A DNA stretch of 64,000 bases. Source: Planctomycetota bacterium (GTDB lineage Bacteria; Planctomycetota; B15-G4). How positions within the stretch are numbered: position 1 is the first letter of the stretch; each line of letters starts with the position of its first letter. A model generated the notes under the pieces. The model worked only from the letters and a program-made list of their open reading frames with translations, ran no database searches and had not been told where the DNA came from. Below, piece after piece: positions 19,344-28,887 of this stretch. Where the stretch lies: NCBI GenBank assembly GCA_965248575.1, contig CBDFJQ010000002.1, positions 608,001 to 672,000 on the forward strand, read 5' to 3'. The position numbers and the translations under genes were made by a program.

Positions 19344-20077
19344 GGCAGCTCCAAGGCGAGGTCGACCACCAGGGGCAGATGGTCGGACGCGAGGCGCGCC
19401 AAGGACAGGCGAGAGCGCATGGAGTGCTCCACACTGAGCGGGCCGCGCACGAACATCTTGTCCAAGGCTCCCGCTGGACTCCAGGCCGGAAAGCTGCGCA
19501 ACGCACGTCTGCCGGTGCCAGTAGCGCAGGAGTACCCAGCTTGGGCCAGATGACCGTCAGCCAGGCTTCCGGCCCAATCGTTGGTGTCCCCGGCGATGAG
19601 CACCCTGCTGCGGCGATGCAGGTGTGCCAGCCGAGGGCACGCCAGCAGGCGCTTGACCTGCCAACGCCGCTCGAGCCCCGAAAGCCCGAGGTGCACGTTT
19701 GCGAGGTGGACCCGCAAACGGTGTCCGTCCTGCCGCACGTCGATGTCCGTGATCAAGGCGCCACGAGCCTTCTTGATGGAGAAGCTGAGGTCGACGTTTT
19801 CCACCTCGATCAAGGGGTGGTGGCTGAGGGTCGCGTTGCCGTAGCAGCCGTGTTTCAGGCTCACGTTGGGGCCGAAGGCCAGGTGCGGGAAACCCAGTTG
19901 CTCGGCGAGGACTTCTGCCTGGTGATCATGCCGGGAGCGCGGCACCCCTTGATCCACCTCCTGCAGCATCACGGTGTCCGGCCCGTAGTGCTGGATGACC
20001 GTGATGATTCGGTCGAGGGCATAGCGTCGATCGATGCCACCGATGCCTTTGTGGATGTTCCAGAGCAGGACTCGCAT
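19340..20077 (-). CDS. Endonuclease/exonuclease/phosphatase family protein (YbhP-like)
   Basis: WNIHKG, LQEVD, YGNA, HLGL, GDTN, SDHLP; ybhP-clsB-like arrangement. Confidence 0.9.
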   Translation of the reverse strand: MRVLLWNIHKGIGGIDRRYALDRIITVIQHYGPDTVMLQEVDQGVPRSRHDHQAEVLAEQLGFPHLAFGPNVSLKHGCYGNATLSHHPLIEVENVDLSFSIKKARGALITDIDVRQDGHRLRVHLANVHLGLSGLERRWQVKRLLACPRLAHLHRRSRVLIAGDTNDWAGSLADGHLAQAGYSCATGTGRRALRSFPAWSPAGALDKMFVRGPLSVEHSMRSRLSLARLASDHLPLVVDLALELP

Positions 20078-20083
20078 GGGGCG

Positions 20084-22171
20084 TCAGTTGCCTGCCGAGC
20101 TGAGCCGGAGCAAGTCGTCCAGGCGATCCCGGGCGGGCTGGTAGTCCGGATCGGCATTGAGCGCAGCGCGCAAGGACTGCTCGGCTTCTGTGGACCGGTT
20201 GGTGCCGAGCAGGAGTAGCGCGAGGTTGAAGTGGCTGCGTGCGTCTTCAGGCTGGGCAGCGACGGCTTCCCGGAAGAACTGCTCTGCTGTGGGGGCCGCT
20301 TGGCTGCGCAGCGCGGCGAGGCCCAGGGCGTTGAGGGTGGGGCCGTGCGTCCCATCGGAGGCTCGCGCCCGAAGCCACACCGCGCGCGCGTCGTCAGCTC
20401 GGCCCAGTTCATCCAACAGGACTCCGTAGCCGTACAGCACCGCGGCGTCGTCAGGCGTCAGTTGAGCAGCGCGTTTGGCGTGCGGCAGCGCCTGTTCCCT
20501 CCGGCCAGCCTGCCGCAGCGCCGCGGAGAGATTGAAGTGCGCCTCACCAAAGTCGGGGTCGATGCGCACGGCCTCCTCATACGCGTCGATGCCCTGGCTC
20601 AGCTCTCCGCGTTCGAAGTGGAAATTCCCTTTGAGCCAAGAGCTCATGGCATCCCGCCCGCCTGCCAGGCCGAGGGCGCGGTCGGTGAGGGCTTCGGCTT
20701 CGCTGGTCTTGCCTGCCCAGTCGAGCACGGAAGCCAGCCGGGAGAGGGCCCGCACATGATCTTCGGTGCTGAGTCGGGCCTCCACGGTCCGGTTCACAGC
20801 CGCTTCTCGTTCTGGCGTCCAGACGCTGGACAGTTGAACCAGATCGGCCTCGGCCAGGGTGTCGAGCAGGGCCGCTGAGAGACGGCGATAACCCTCCACG
20901 GTCATGTGCACATGGTCGAGGAAGAGGTCGGCTCCGGGGATGGGGCGCCCGCTTAGCTCCTGGGCCGCAGTGTCCATCACGGCGACGGCGTCCAGGAAGT
21001 GGGCTCCCTCCTGTGAAGCGACCTCCCGAACGATGGCCCGCACCTCACTCAGGGCGCGCAGGGGGACGATGTCCTCGTCTCGAGCGCGCTCCAATGCCAG
21101 ACGCGCACCTGCCGTGTCTCCCGATGCCAGCAAGGCGAGCCCGAGGTCGTACCAATGGTCGGCGAAGCGCGGGTCGCTCCGAATGGCAGCTCGCAAGGCC
21201 TGGAGATCCTGCTCACCGTTCGTGGCCGGCAGGGGGGCTCCGGGTTCACCGCTGTCGCGTTGGCTTCGCTCGCTCTTGAACGGCCTGCAGTCCAGGAGTT
21301 GGGAGGCGGGGGCGACGAGCACGACGTCGGCACCGGCGGCGCGCGCCCGACGCACCATCGCCACGAGCTTGGCGCGGTACTGCTGCAGGACCCTGCCCCG
21401 CAAGCGGTCGTCGCGGGTGTAGGCGTCAGGCCCCAGGCTCTGATCCAAGAGCGTCTGCACCTCGCCTGGCAGCGTTTCGGCGGCGGGCACCGTGGGCCCC
21501 GATGCCTGCGCGCCGAGCAGGCTGCGCAGGGCTTGGAACAAAGCGGAGCGTCGCGCCCAGCTGCCCACGCTGAGAAGCCAGGGCGGAGTGCTCGCAAGCC
21601 CCGCGTAGGTGCGTTCCTCGAGGAACTCGTTGTGCCCGCTGTAGATGATGACGATGTCGGGGTCGTACTGGAGCATCTCCTCCAGCACGAGGGCTACTCG
21701 GTAACTGGCGTAGCTGATGCCACCGGCGTTCAGGACTTCCCAAGCGCGGTGGGGCGCGGCTTCGGGTAACCAGGCCCGCAGCCAGCCCGAGAAGGAGGTG
21801 GGGTCGGCATAGGGGCGGCCGTAGGTCGAGGAGCCGCCGAGGCTGAGGATGCGCACGGTGCCGGCTTCCTTCTCCGCAGCGAAGCTCTGCACGTTGAAGT
21901 GGTTGCGCTTGTACGGGGCAGTCACCATCTGTCCCGCCGCTGCACCTGGGCTTTCCGGCAGGGTGTTTTGTTCCACGTAGAGCGGCAGGGCATTCGAGAA
22001 CCCCACATAGGGGTCCTCAGCTTGAGCCGGAGGGCCGTAACCCAGGAGCTGCAAGGCCCCCTCGACGCCACCGAGCACCACCAGTGTGGCCAGAAGCTGG
22101 ATGCCGGCCCGGCGCAGGCGGGATGGGCGTCGCCTTGCTGCGCTGATGGGTGCGGTCGTGGGCGCGCTCAT
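20084..22171 (-). CDS. Membrane-anchored SGNH/GDSL hydrolase with TPR repeats
   Basis: TM, LGGSSTYG, NAGGISYAS, YSGHNEF, DHVH; several C-terminal TPRs. Confidence 0.85.
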   Translation of the reverse strand: MSAPTTAPISAARRRPSRLRRAGIQLLATLVVLGGVEGALQLLGYGPPAQAEDPYVGFSNALPLYVEQNTLPESPGAAAGQMVTAPYKRNHFNVQSFAAEKEAGTVRILSLGGSSTYGRPYADPTSFSGWLRAWLPEAAPHRAWEVLNAGGISYASYRVALVLEEMLQYDPDIVIIYSGHNEFLEERTYAGLASTPPWLLSVGSWARRSALFQALRSLLGAQASGPTVPAAETLPGEVQTLLDQSLGPDAYTRDDRLRGRVLQQYRAKLVAMVRRARAAGADVVLVAPASQLLDCRPFKSERSQRDSGEPGAPLPATNGEQDLQALRAAIRSDPRFADHWYDLGLALLASGDTAGARLALERARDEDIVPLRALSEVRAIVREVASQEGAHFLDAVAVMDTAAQELSGRPIPGADLFLDHVHMTVEGYRRLSAALLDTLAEADLVQLSSVWTPEREAAVNRTVEARLSTEDHVRALSRLASVLDWAGKTSEAEALTDRALGLAGGRDAMSSWLKGNFHFERGELSQGIDAYEEAVRIDPDFGEAHFNLSAALRQAGRREQALPHAKRAAQLTPDDAAVLYGYGVLLDELGRADDARAVWLRARASDGTHGPTLNALGLAALRSQAAPTAEQFFREAVAAQPEDARSHFNLALLLLGTNRSTEAEQSLRAALNADPDYQPARDRLDDLLRLSSAGN

Positions 22172-23517
22172 GGGCGCAGGGCCAAGACGTGGACGCCGCC
22201 GGGAGTTGCGGTTGCTTGGCCCAGGTCAGGGGAGCCCACCGCCAACTCGGGTCGGCCGTCGCCGTCCAGGTCGCCGAGCGCAGCCAGGCCCAGGCCGTAG
22301 GAGTGCTGGTCGGGGTGGGCCTCCAGCCGGCGCAATTCGCGTCCATCGGAGGAGGACAGCAGGCGCACGTGGCCCCCGCCACCCGGAGTGGCCGCCAGCT
22401 CAGCCCGCCCGTCTCCATCCAGGTCAGCCACCGAAGCCACCTGGGACCCCAGGCGTAGCCCACGCTCCAAGCCCCTGGCAATCAACAGGTTGGTGCCGTC
22501 GCGCCCATGGATGATGTGCACAGCGCCCCCGAGCGGGGCCGCGTTGCTGTCCAAGGGGGCCCCGACAGCCAATTCAGGGAGGCCATCGCCATTCAGGTCG
22601 GGAAAGGAGGCCAGAGCTTCGCCGAATCCAGCCCCACGCCCGTCCAGCCTCAGCAAGGTCGCCCCGGTGCGCCCCGAGAGGAACAGCACGGCTTGAGACG
22701 GGGGGGCAGAAGCCGCCAGGTCGGGCAGGCCGTCGCCATTGATGTCGCCCAGGGGGGCCAAAAGCCGGCCCAGGTCAGAGGCCTCGGCGCTACCGCGGGC
22801 CGTGAAAAGGGGGCTCCCGTCTGCGCCAGAGAGAGCCCGGACATAGCCGAAACCAGGGTCGTTCGTCGGCCCCTGAGCGGGCTGAAGTGCTGCGGCCGCA
22901 AGGTCTGGAGTGCCATCGCCATCGACATCACCCAGGGCGCAGAGGGCTACACCCAGGGCATCTCCGCCCCGGTCTCCCTGGCTTACCCAGAGCGGCGTCC
23001 CGGATCGTCCGGAGTACAGATGAACAGCACCCGCCTCGGGGCCCCGGAGGTCGGCACCTGGAGCTCCCACGGCGATGTCCCGGACACCATCCCCGTCCAC
23101 GTCGGCCACCGAGGCCACGGACCTGCCGAAGGCGTCACCGCCAGAAGCACCGTCCAGACGCAGGAGCCGGGCCCCGTCGGAGCCGGAAAGGGCCAGGACA
23201 TAGCCCGGCTGGGCCTGGAGCGCTCCCATCTGGGATGCGCTGACCAGGAGGTCCGGAACACCGTCGCCATTGAGATCGCCGGCTGATGTCAGCGCCATCC
23301 CCAAGAGGTCGCCGTTTTTGTGACCCGTGAACTCCATGAGCAACTCTTGCGGCGCCCCCGCAGATCCGCAGGCGAAATGCAGAATCAGGAGCAGCAGCGG
23401 GGCCATGCGGGTAGCCAAACACGCCAGCCGGCTGTTGGGTGCCAGGGTGCGGGGGGACGCCAGGCTGCGGGCGTGGCGGGGTGGGTGCACTTCACGGCGG
23501 TTCATGAGGGGGAACAC
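22168..23517 (-). CDS. FG-GAP / integrin-alpha-like beta-propeller protein, probably exported
   Basis: Seven DxNGDG.PD/E repeats with FG..VA and VGAP; GAAGGAG RBS before GTG 23517 (alternative start 23406). Confidence 0.88.
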   Translation of the reverse strand: MFPLMNRREVHPPRHARSLASPRTLAPNSRLACLATRMAPLLLLILHFACGSAGAPQELLMEFTGHKNGDLLGMALTSAGDLNGDGVPDLLVSASQMGALQAQPGYVLALSGSDGARLLRLDGASGGDAFGRSVASVADVDGDGVRDIAVGAPGADLRGPEAGAVHLYSGRSGTPLWVSQGDRGGDALGVALCALGDVDGDGTPDLAAAALQPAQGPTNDPGFGYVRALSGADGSPLFTARGSAEASDLGRLLAPLGDINGDGLPDLAASAPPSQAVLFLSGRTGATLLRLDGRGAGFGEALASFPDLNGDGLPELAVGAPLDSNAAPLGGAVHIIHGRDGTNLLIARGLERGLRLGSQVASVADLDGDGRAELAATPGGGGHVRLLSSSDGRELRRLEAHPDQHSYGLGLAALGDLDGDGRPELAVGSPDLGQATATPGGVHVLALRP

Positions 23518-23916
23518 GATACTCCTTCGCTGCAGGACGGAGGGCGTGCTCTCTGCAATGACGGCTCCGTCAGGGCAGATTCAAGGTGAATACCGGCCGA
23601 GACGGATGTATCGTCCACCGCGGATCTCGCGTCGTTTGCGCAGGGCCCGGGAGACGCCCCTTCATCGACTGCATGGCATCGATTGCATGCCGATCGGAAG
23701 CTGGTGAGGATTCGAGAGGCTAGGGCCTCGGTCATCAGCTTTGGGGATGTCCCAGATTGGTCCCAGTCGAGGGCTGGCCTGGGTCATGCGCGTCGGCTTC
23801 GGCCCAGCGTGCAGGTGGAAACACGCGAGATCCCTGACAGGACGACACAGCACGCAAGCAGACATCGCCAAACGACATCGATTGACACCCTCGCTGGACA
23901 TCCCACAGGTGACCTC

Positions 23917-26325
23917 ATGAAGACGCTGCTTTCCCAGTTTTGCGAAGAGTTTGACGGCGTGGTTCGCCCGCTGCTGTCGCCGCTCACCCAGGCGGCAGAC
24001 ACGCTGAACCATGTGTCGGACAAGACCGGCGTCCGGGTTCTCCTGCCGACGGTTCTGGATGTGCGTCATCACTTGAGCACCCTGGCTGACAAGGTGGCAG
24101 AGCAGCAGGCCTATGTGCTGATCTTTGGCCCCCTCAAGAGCGGCAAGTCGACGCTCATGAACGCTATCAGCGCGGCGTATGTGAGCGAAGTCACGACCCT
24201 GCCCGCCTACCCCTGCATGGTGTATGTGAGCCACGCCGAGAAGGTGGGTTTCACCGTCACCCGCTTCAACGGGCAGCAGGAGGAGTTCGGTGACATGGCT
24301 TCGATGCGCACGCTCCTGGAGTGGGCGCACAACGAGCTGGCGGACCGCATCCGCGAGGTGGAGGCCCGCAACGAGACCTTCGACCCGAACGAGCACATCC
24401 CGCAGGCAATCCGTCGCATCGACGTGAAGCTGCCGGCCCCGCACCTGGCGGAATCCAGCGCCGTGCTCGTGGACACCCCCGGCCTCTACAGCCGGATGAA
24501 GTTTGGCTACGACCGCATGACGCGCGAGTTCCGGAACACCGCGGCCAGCGCAATCTTCGTGGTCAAGACCGACAACCTGTTCTTGGAACAGGTGTTCAAC
24601 GAGTTCGGCGATCTTCTGAAGTTGTTCAGCCGCATCTTCCTCGTGGTCAACATCGACTCGACCAAGCGGGACCTGCTCGCCAATGGCGAACTCGGCCCGA
24701 GCCTCGAGTGCCATGATCCCGACCGGATCATCACGGCTTTCGAGAACCTGGCCATGACGGCGCCGTTGAAGTCAGCGCTCAAGGAAGGGCGGCTGAAGAT
24801 CTACCCGGTGGACTTGCTGCGCGCTGCGTCTGGCCGTGTGAAGGGCGAGGAGAGAGACGCCGACGGCGGGGCGAACTTCAAGGCCTTCCAACGTGACCTC
24901 ACCGACTACCTCAACAGCACCGACTATCTGGTGGCGTTCCTGGGGGACAGCTTGAAGCAGGCGTGGGGTCTGCTTGGCGAACTCAAGAACCTCTGCGAAC
25001 GGGACTCCGTGAAGGAGCTGGGTGAGAAGGTCCTGCGCCTGGACGCGGAGCAGAATCGCCTGGACGGCCTGGAGCAGGCTGCGGAACGCCTCGGTGCGTG
25101 CAACTGGGACAGCTTCTTCGGAGCGCTTGGAGACGACCTCTCCAGCATTGCGCGGGGCCGGATCGAAAAGCTTCGCGACCAGACTGCCCACGGCTTGGGT
25201 GATGCCATGGACGCCTGGTTCGAAGGGGACTCCAGCTATCAGAGCCTGCTCGTGGACCTGGCACAACCGCTCTTGGCCCGTAGCCGCGATGACCTCACGG
25301 CCACGGCCCGGGGTGTGCTGGACACGGTGGCGTCCACCGACACGGCAGGTGCCCAGGTCCCCGACAAGATCCGGCAAGACCTCGAAAGCCTGGGTGTCGA
25401 CCTGGGTGCCCTGGGCAAGGCCTGTCTCAAGCAGATCGACCCCGGCAGCGGCATGGCGCATGCCAAGTTGGACGTGCCCACATCGCGCATACCTGTGAAG
25501 AAGGGCTTCCTCGACTATGTTTGCCTGCGCGGTCAGGGCAGCGTGCGTCGGCGGCTCTTCGGCCCCGAAGAGGCACCCAATGAGCCCATCCCGCGCTCCG
25601 TGAAGATGCGGCGCATGGGGACGCAGGGTCGAGACGGTCTCCAGGATGTGCTGGAAGGGGCCTTCGGGGACTTCTTCGAAGGCGCGCTGGACCACCTCTC
25701 GACGCAGGTTCTCAAGCTCTACGTCGGCACCCTGCGCATGGGTATCAAGGGTGAGTTGCGCAAGATTCGCGAGGCGAATGCCCTGCGCAAATCCTCGGTG
25801 GCGCGGCGCCTGGCAGAGCTCACCCGGGTGAGCGAATCGCTCGGCAATCTCTCCAACGTGGTGGAGCAGGCCTCGGTGGTGCTGGGAAGTCTCTCGAGCC
25901 GCTATGGCGAGACGGATCCCAAGCTGCTCGTGCGCCCCGTGACCTCGATGACCGAGACGATCGACGCTCTGTCATCCGGTGAAACGGTCAGCACGCCTCC
26001 AGCAACACGCTCCTTGGCGGGCAAGGCGGCCAGCGATCTGGGCGAAGTGAGCTCAGCGGCGGGGCGCGTGGGCGGTACGGCGCGTGCGAGCCTGCTGTCG
26101 GATCGTTCGACCCCCGCCTCCAACTCGGCGGGCAAGGACGCACCGGATTCGGACCTGTCCAAGAAAATCCTGGCACCGACAGAAACGGGCGCCGTTGGCG
26201 ACGGTCAGGCCGCGAAGGACGCCGAGCAGGCTGAGTTGGTGTCATCCAGCGAGGGCAACCGCGCGGGCGACGCTGTCGAGGGCGTCGAAGCCGCGGAGTC
26301 GCCAGAGCCTAAGTCTGACGCGTGA
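23917..26325 (+). CDS. Bacterial dynamin-like GTPase
   Basis: G1 GPLKSGKSTLMN, G3 VDTPG, FLVVNID; long helical stalk; Ser/Ala/acidic disordered tail. Confidence 0.8.
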   Translation: MKTLLSQFCEEFDGVVRPLLSPLTQAADTLNHVSDKTGVRVLLPTVLDVRHHLSTLADKVAEQQAYVLIFGPLKSGKSTLMNAISAAYVSEVTTLPAYPCMVYVSHAEKVGFTVTRFNGQQEEFGDMASMRTLLEWAHNELADRIREVEARNETFDPNEHIPQAIRRIDVKLPAPHLAESSAVLVDTPGLYSRMKFGYDRMTREFRNTAASAIFVVKTDNLFLEQVFNEFGDLLKLFSRIFLVVNIDSTKRDLLANGELGPSLECHDPDRIITAFENLAMTAPLKSALKEGRLKIYPVDLLRAASGRVKGEERDADGGANFKAFQRDLTDYLNSTDYLVAFLGDSLKQAWGLLGELKNLCERDSVKELGEKVLRLDAEQNRLDGLEQAAERLGACNWDSFFGALGDDLSSIARGRIEKLRDQTAHGLGDAMDAWFEGDSSYQSLLVDLAQPLLARSRDDLTATARGVLDTVASTDTAGAQVPDKIRQDLESLGVDLGALGKACLKQIDPGSGMAHAKLDVPTSRIPVKKGFLDYVCLRGQGSVRRRLFGPEEAPNEPIPRSVKMRRMGTQGRDGLQDVLEGAFGDFFEGALDHLSTQVLKLYVGTLRMGIKGELRKIREANALRKSSVARRLAELTRVSESLGNLSNVVEQASVVLGSLSSRYGETDPKLLVRPVTSMTETIDALSSGETVSTPPATRSLAGKAASDLGEVSSAAGRVGGTARASLLSDRSTPASNSAGKDAPDSDLSKKILAPTETGAVGDGQAAKDAEQAELVSSSEGNRAGDAVEGVEAAESPEPKSDA

Positions 26326-26332
26326 CCTAGAC

Positions 26333-27019
26333 CTAGGGCTGGGACTGCGTGTTCAGCAGAACCCGGTAGCCCTGGCCCCGCTTGTTCTCGATGAGCGGGT
26401 TGCCCTGGGCATCGAGTTTGCGGCGGAGCCTGCCCACGTGAACATCCAGGACGTTCGTGCCGGGATCGAATTCAAGATCCCAGACCTCCTTCAACAGCTC
26501 CTCGCGGGTCACGAGTTCGCCCTTGGCTTTCACCAAGGCGAGCAGCAGGTCGAACTCGCGCGGGCTGAGATCCACCCGCCGACCGTTTCTCAGCACGCGT
26601 CGGCGAGCCAGGTCGATGGTGATTTCACCGTACTCCAGCGGCTGGAGCGATTCGCGGCGCCGCACCACGGCATCCATGCGAGCGACGAGCTCCTCGATCT
26701 CCGGTGGCTTGACGATGTAGTCGTCGGCTCCGAGTGAAAGCCCCTTCACCTTCTGCTTCGTGCGGCCTTCGCCCGAGACGATGATCACAGGCGTTTCATT
26801 TCCCGCTTGGCGCAAGCTGTAGAGCAGGTCGAGGCCGGAGGGCCCTGGCAGCCCGATGTCCAACAAGATCAAGTCGACGGCGGGCGTTGGGCGAGGGTGG
26901 AGGACCGAGAGGGCCTCCGCCTCAGAACTCGCAGTGAGCACATCCACACCAGCTGACTCAAGCCCAGCCTGAGCGAACAGGACGAAGTCCGAATCGTCAT
27001 CGACGAGTAGTACTCTCAC
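26333..27019 (-). CDS. OmpR/PhoB family response regulator (orphan)
   Basis: LLVDDD, LDIGLPG, GADDYIVKP, winged HTH LSPREFDLL...NVLDVHVGRLRRKL...RGQGY. Confidence 0.93.
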   Translation of the reverse strand: MRVLLVDDDSDFVLFAQAGLESAGVDVLTASSEAEALSVLHPRPTPAVDLILLDIGLPGPSGLDLLYSLRQAGNETPVIIVSGEGRTKQKVKGLSLGADDYIVKPPEIEELVARMDAVVRRRESLQPLEYGEITIDLARRRVLRNGRRVDLSPREFDLLLALVKAKGELVTREELLKEVWDLEFDPGTNVLDVHVGRLRRKLDAQGNPLIENKRGQGYRVLLNTQSQP

Positions 27020-27515
27020 CGCAGCCTCCCAACCCTCTGGAGTGCAACGTCGACCGGCTCGAACGCATGTGCAAAGCGCTTCCCCGGATGCTGCATGCAC
27101 GCTTTCGGAGGGGCGGGCAGTGCCAGGGTCTCGCCGCGAACTCAGGGGATGAGACAGCGGATTGGACGGACATTCGACCGACCCCACCAAGGAGGGGAGC
27201 ATACCCCTGCCTGTGCCACATTGGACCGAAAAGACAACGATCTCGTCAGAAACGGAGGCCAGCTTCGTGAGAGATGCTCTGGGATGGATCTGGACACATG
27301 CATTCATTGCGTGTAAGTAGAGTCACGAACATCCCCTGAGGATCTGGGGCTGGACGCCACTCGCCGTCATTCCCCCCAGAGCGACGGCGGTTGGCGGGTC
27401 ACGATCTCCCCCTCTTCCCCCTTTTGTGGTCCGCTGGCGCCGCCTCGGATTCTCAGGCTTTTCCCGGTTCCCGCGGCCACGCTGCGCGGCACTTGAGAAT
27501 TCCGGCCTTCCATCG

Positions 27516-27551
27516 CCCCGGTTGATCCCCGGTTGATCCCCGGTTGATCCC
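27516..27551. repeat. 11-bp tandem repeat CCCCGGTTGAT x3
   Basis: Copies at 27516, 27527, 27538 plus partial. Confidence 0.9.
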
Positions 27552-27567
27552 TGAGCGATCCTCGGCC

Positions 27568-28719
27568 TCAGCCGTCGCTGCTCCCCAACTTCTCCCGGGA
27601 CTCCTGCAGATCGAGAACCGCTTGGTACTCCGCCAGGGTGCTCTCGTACTGAGTGAGAACGGGCAGCTTGTTGACCAACTCCTCGTCAGCTTGTGTCAGG
27701 GCGATGGCCTTGGACTGGAGGGCGATGGCCGCAGGGATGTCGCCCTGCTGGAAATGGCTACGAGCCAGGGTGTCCTGGATGCTCGCGTTCTTGTGTTGGG
27801 TCAGGGCGTCAGCTCTTTGGGCCGCGACCAACGCCAACTCCACGTCGCGCATGCCGTCGGGGATCCCGCTGTTTGGCGCGACGATGCGCCACGCGAAGAG
27901 TTCGAGCTGTTGGGCATTGTCCTTTAACTCGTTGCTGATGAGCCGGCGCCCCAACTGTTCGGCGCGCCGACCGCTGTCATCAATGCGCAAGAGCGCCAGG
28001 TAGCTGAGGGAATGCATGTCGATGAAGCGCACATGCAGCGCGGCAAGCGCTTGGGCGTGCTCCAGGACGGCGGGCCAGTTACCTTCATTGAGTGCCTCGC
28101 TCAGGGCCATGTCCAGGGGCCGCGCACGATGCAAGGCAGCCTGCCAGGCGGCGGCCTGTTCCCTGGCCGCAGTCACGTCGTAGGTTCCCGCGAGGACCTG
28201 CTCCACGACGCCCTTCATCTCTACGTGGTCCGACAGCGGGTTGCCGATCCAGGCGAGATGGCCGCTGCCATCGACGATCATGGCCGTGGGGATGCCATCT
28301 TGCCCGGCGGCCTGCATGTAGGCAGTTGCGGTCTGCCCATCGAGGTCGGAGGCGAGGGTGTAGCTCATGGCATCACCCTGCTCCTCCACGAAGGCTCGCG
28401 TGGGCTTCATGGAGGGGTTGGGCCAGATGGCTACACCGATCACGGTCAGGCCGTCTTCGGCATGGGATGTGGCCAGCTCGTTGACGTGCGGAATGCTCTG
28501 CACGCAAGGGCCGCACCAGGTGGCCCAGAAGTCCAGCACGTAGGTGTGTCCCTCCTGGTAGCTGGGAACGGCGTCGCCTCTGAGCCACTCCACATGAGTC
28601 AGGTTGGGTGCCTTGTCGCCGACGCGCAGGCTGATCTCGCCCTGGGCTCTGAGGGGGACGACACACAGCATCAGGAGCGCGAGGGTGCGGGCGGCGCCCC
28701 AGGGGGAGTGTGTGATCAT
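27568..28719 (-). CDS. Exported TlpA-family redoxin with C-terminal helical/TPR-like domain
   Basis: Signal peptide, GDKAP, LDFWATWCGPC, GIPT; DTLAR..F..G..AI..Q.KA. Confidence 0.88.
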   Translation of the reverse strand: MITHSPWGAARTLALLMLCVVPLRAQGEISLRVGDKAPNLTHVEWLRGDAVPSYQEGHTYVLDFWATWCGPCVQSIPHVNELATSHAEDGLTVIGVAIWPNPSMKPTRAFVEEQGDAMSYTLASDLDGQTATAYMQAAGQDGIPTAMIVDGSGHLAWIGNPLSDHVEMKGVVEQVLAGTYDVTAAREQAAAWQAALHRARPLDMALSEALNEGNWPAVLEHAQALAALHVRFIDMHSLSYLALLRIDDSGRRAEQLGRRLISNELKDNAQQLELFAWRIVAPNSGIPDGMRDVELALVAAQRADALTQHKNASIQDTLARSHFQQGDIPAAIALQSKAIALTQADEELVNKLPVLTQYESTLAEYQAVLDLQESREKLGSSDG

Positions 28720-28887
28720 GAGGATTCCTGGAAGCGTGGGCTGTGGGGGGGCGGATGGGAGGCGCGCTGAACTGGGCTGGACCCATCGCCGAGGGTGTGA
28801 GCAGATGTGTGCAGTGGACACCGGGATTGCAGGCATTTCCAGAGGTGTTCGTAGCACGCTGGATCGGGTCACGGCACACTGGCGGCC

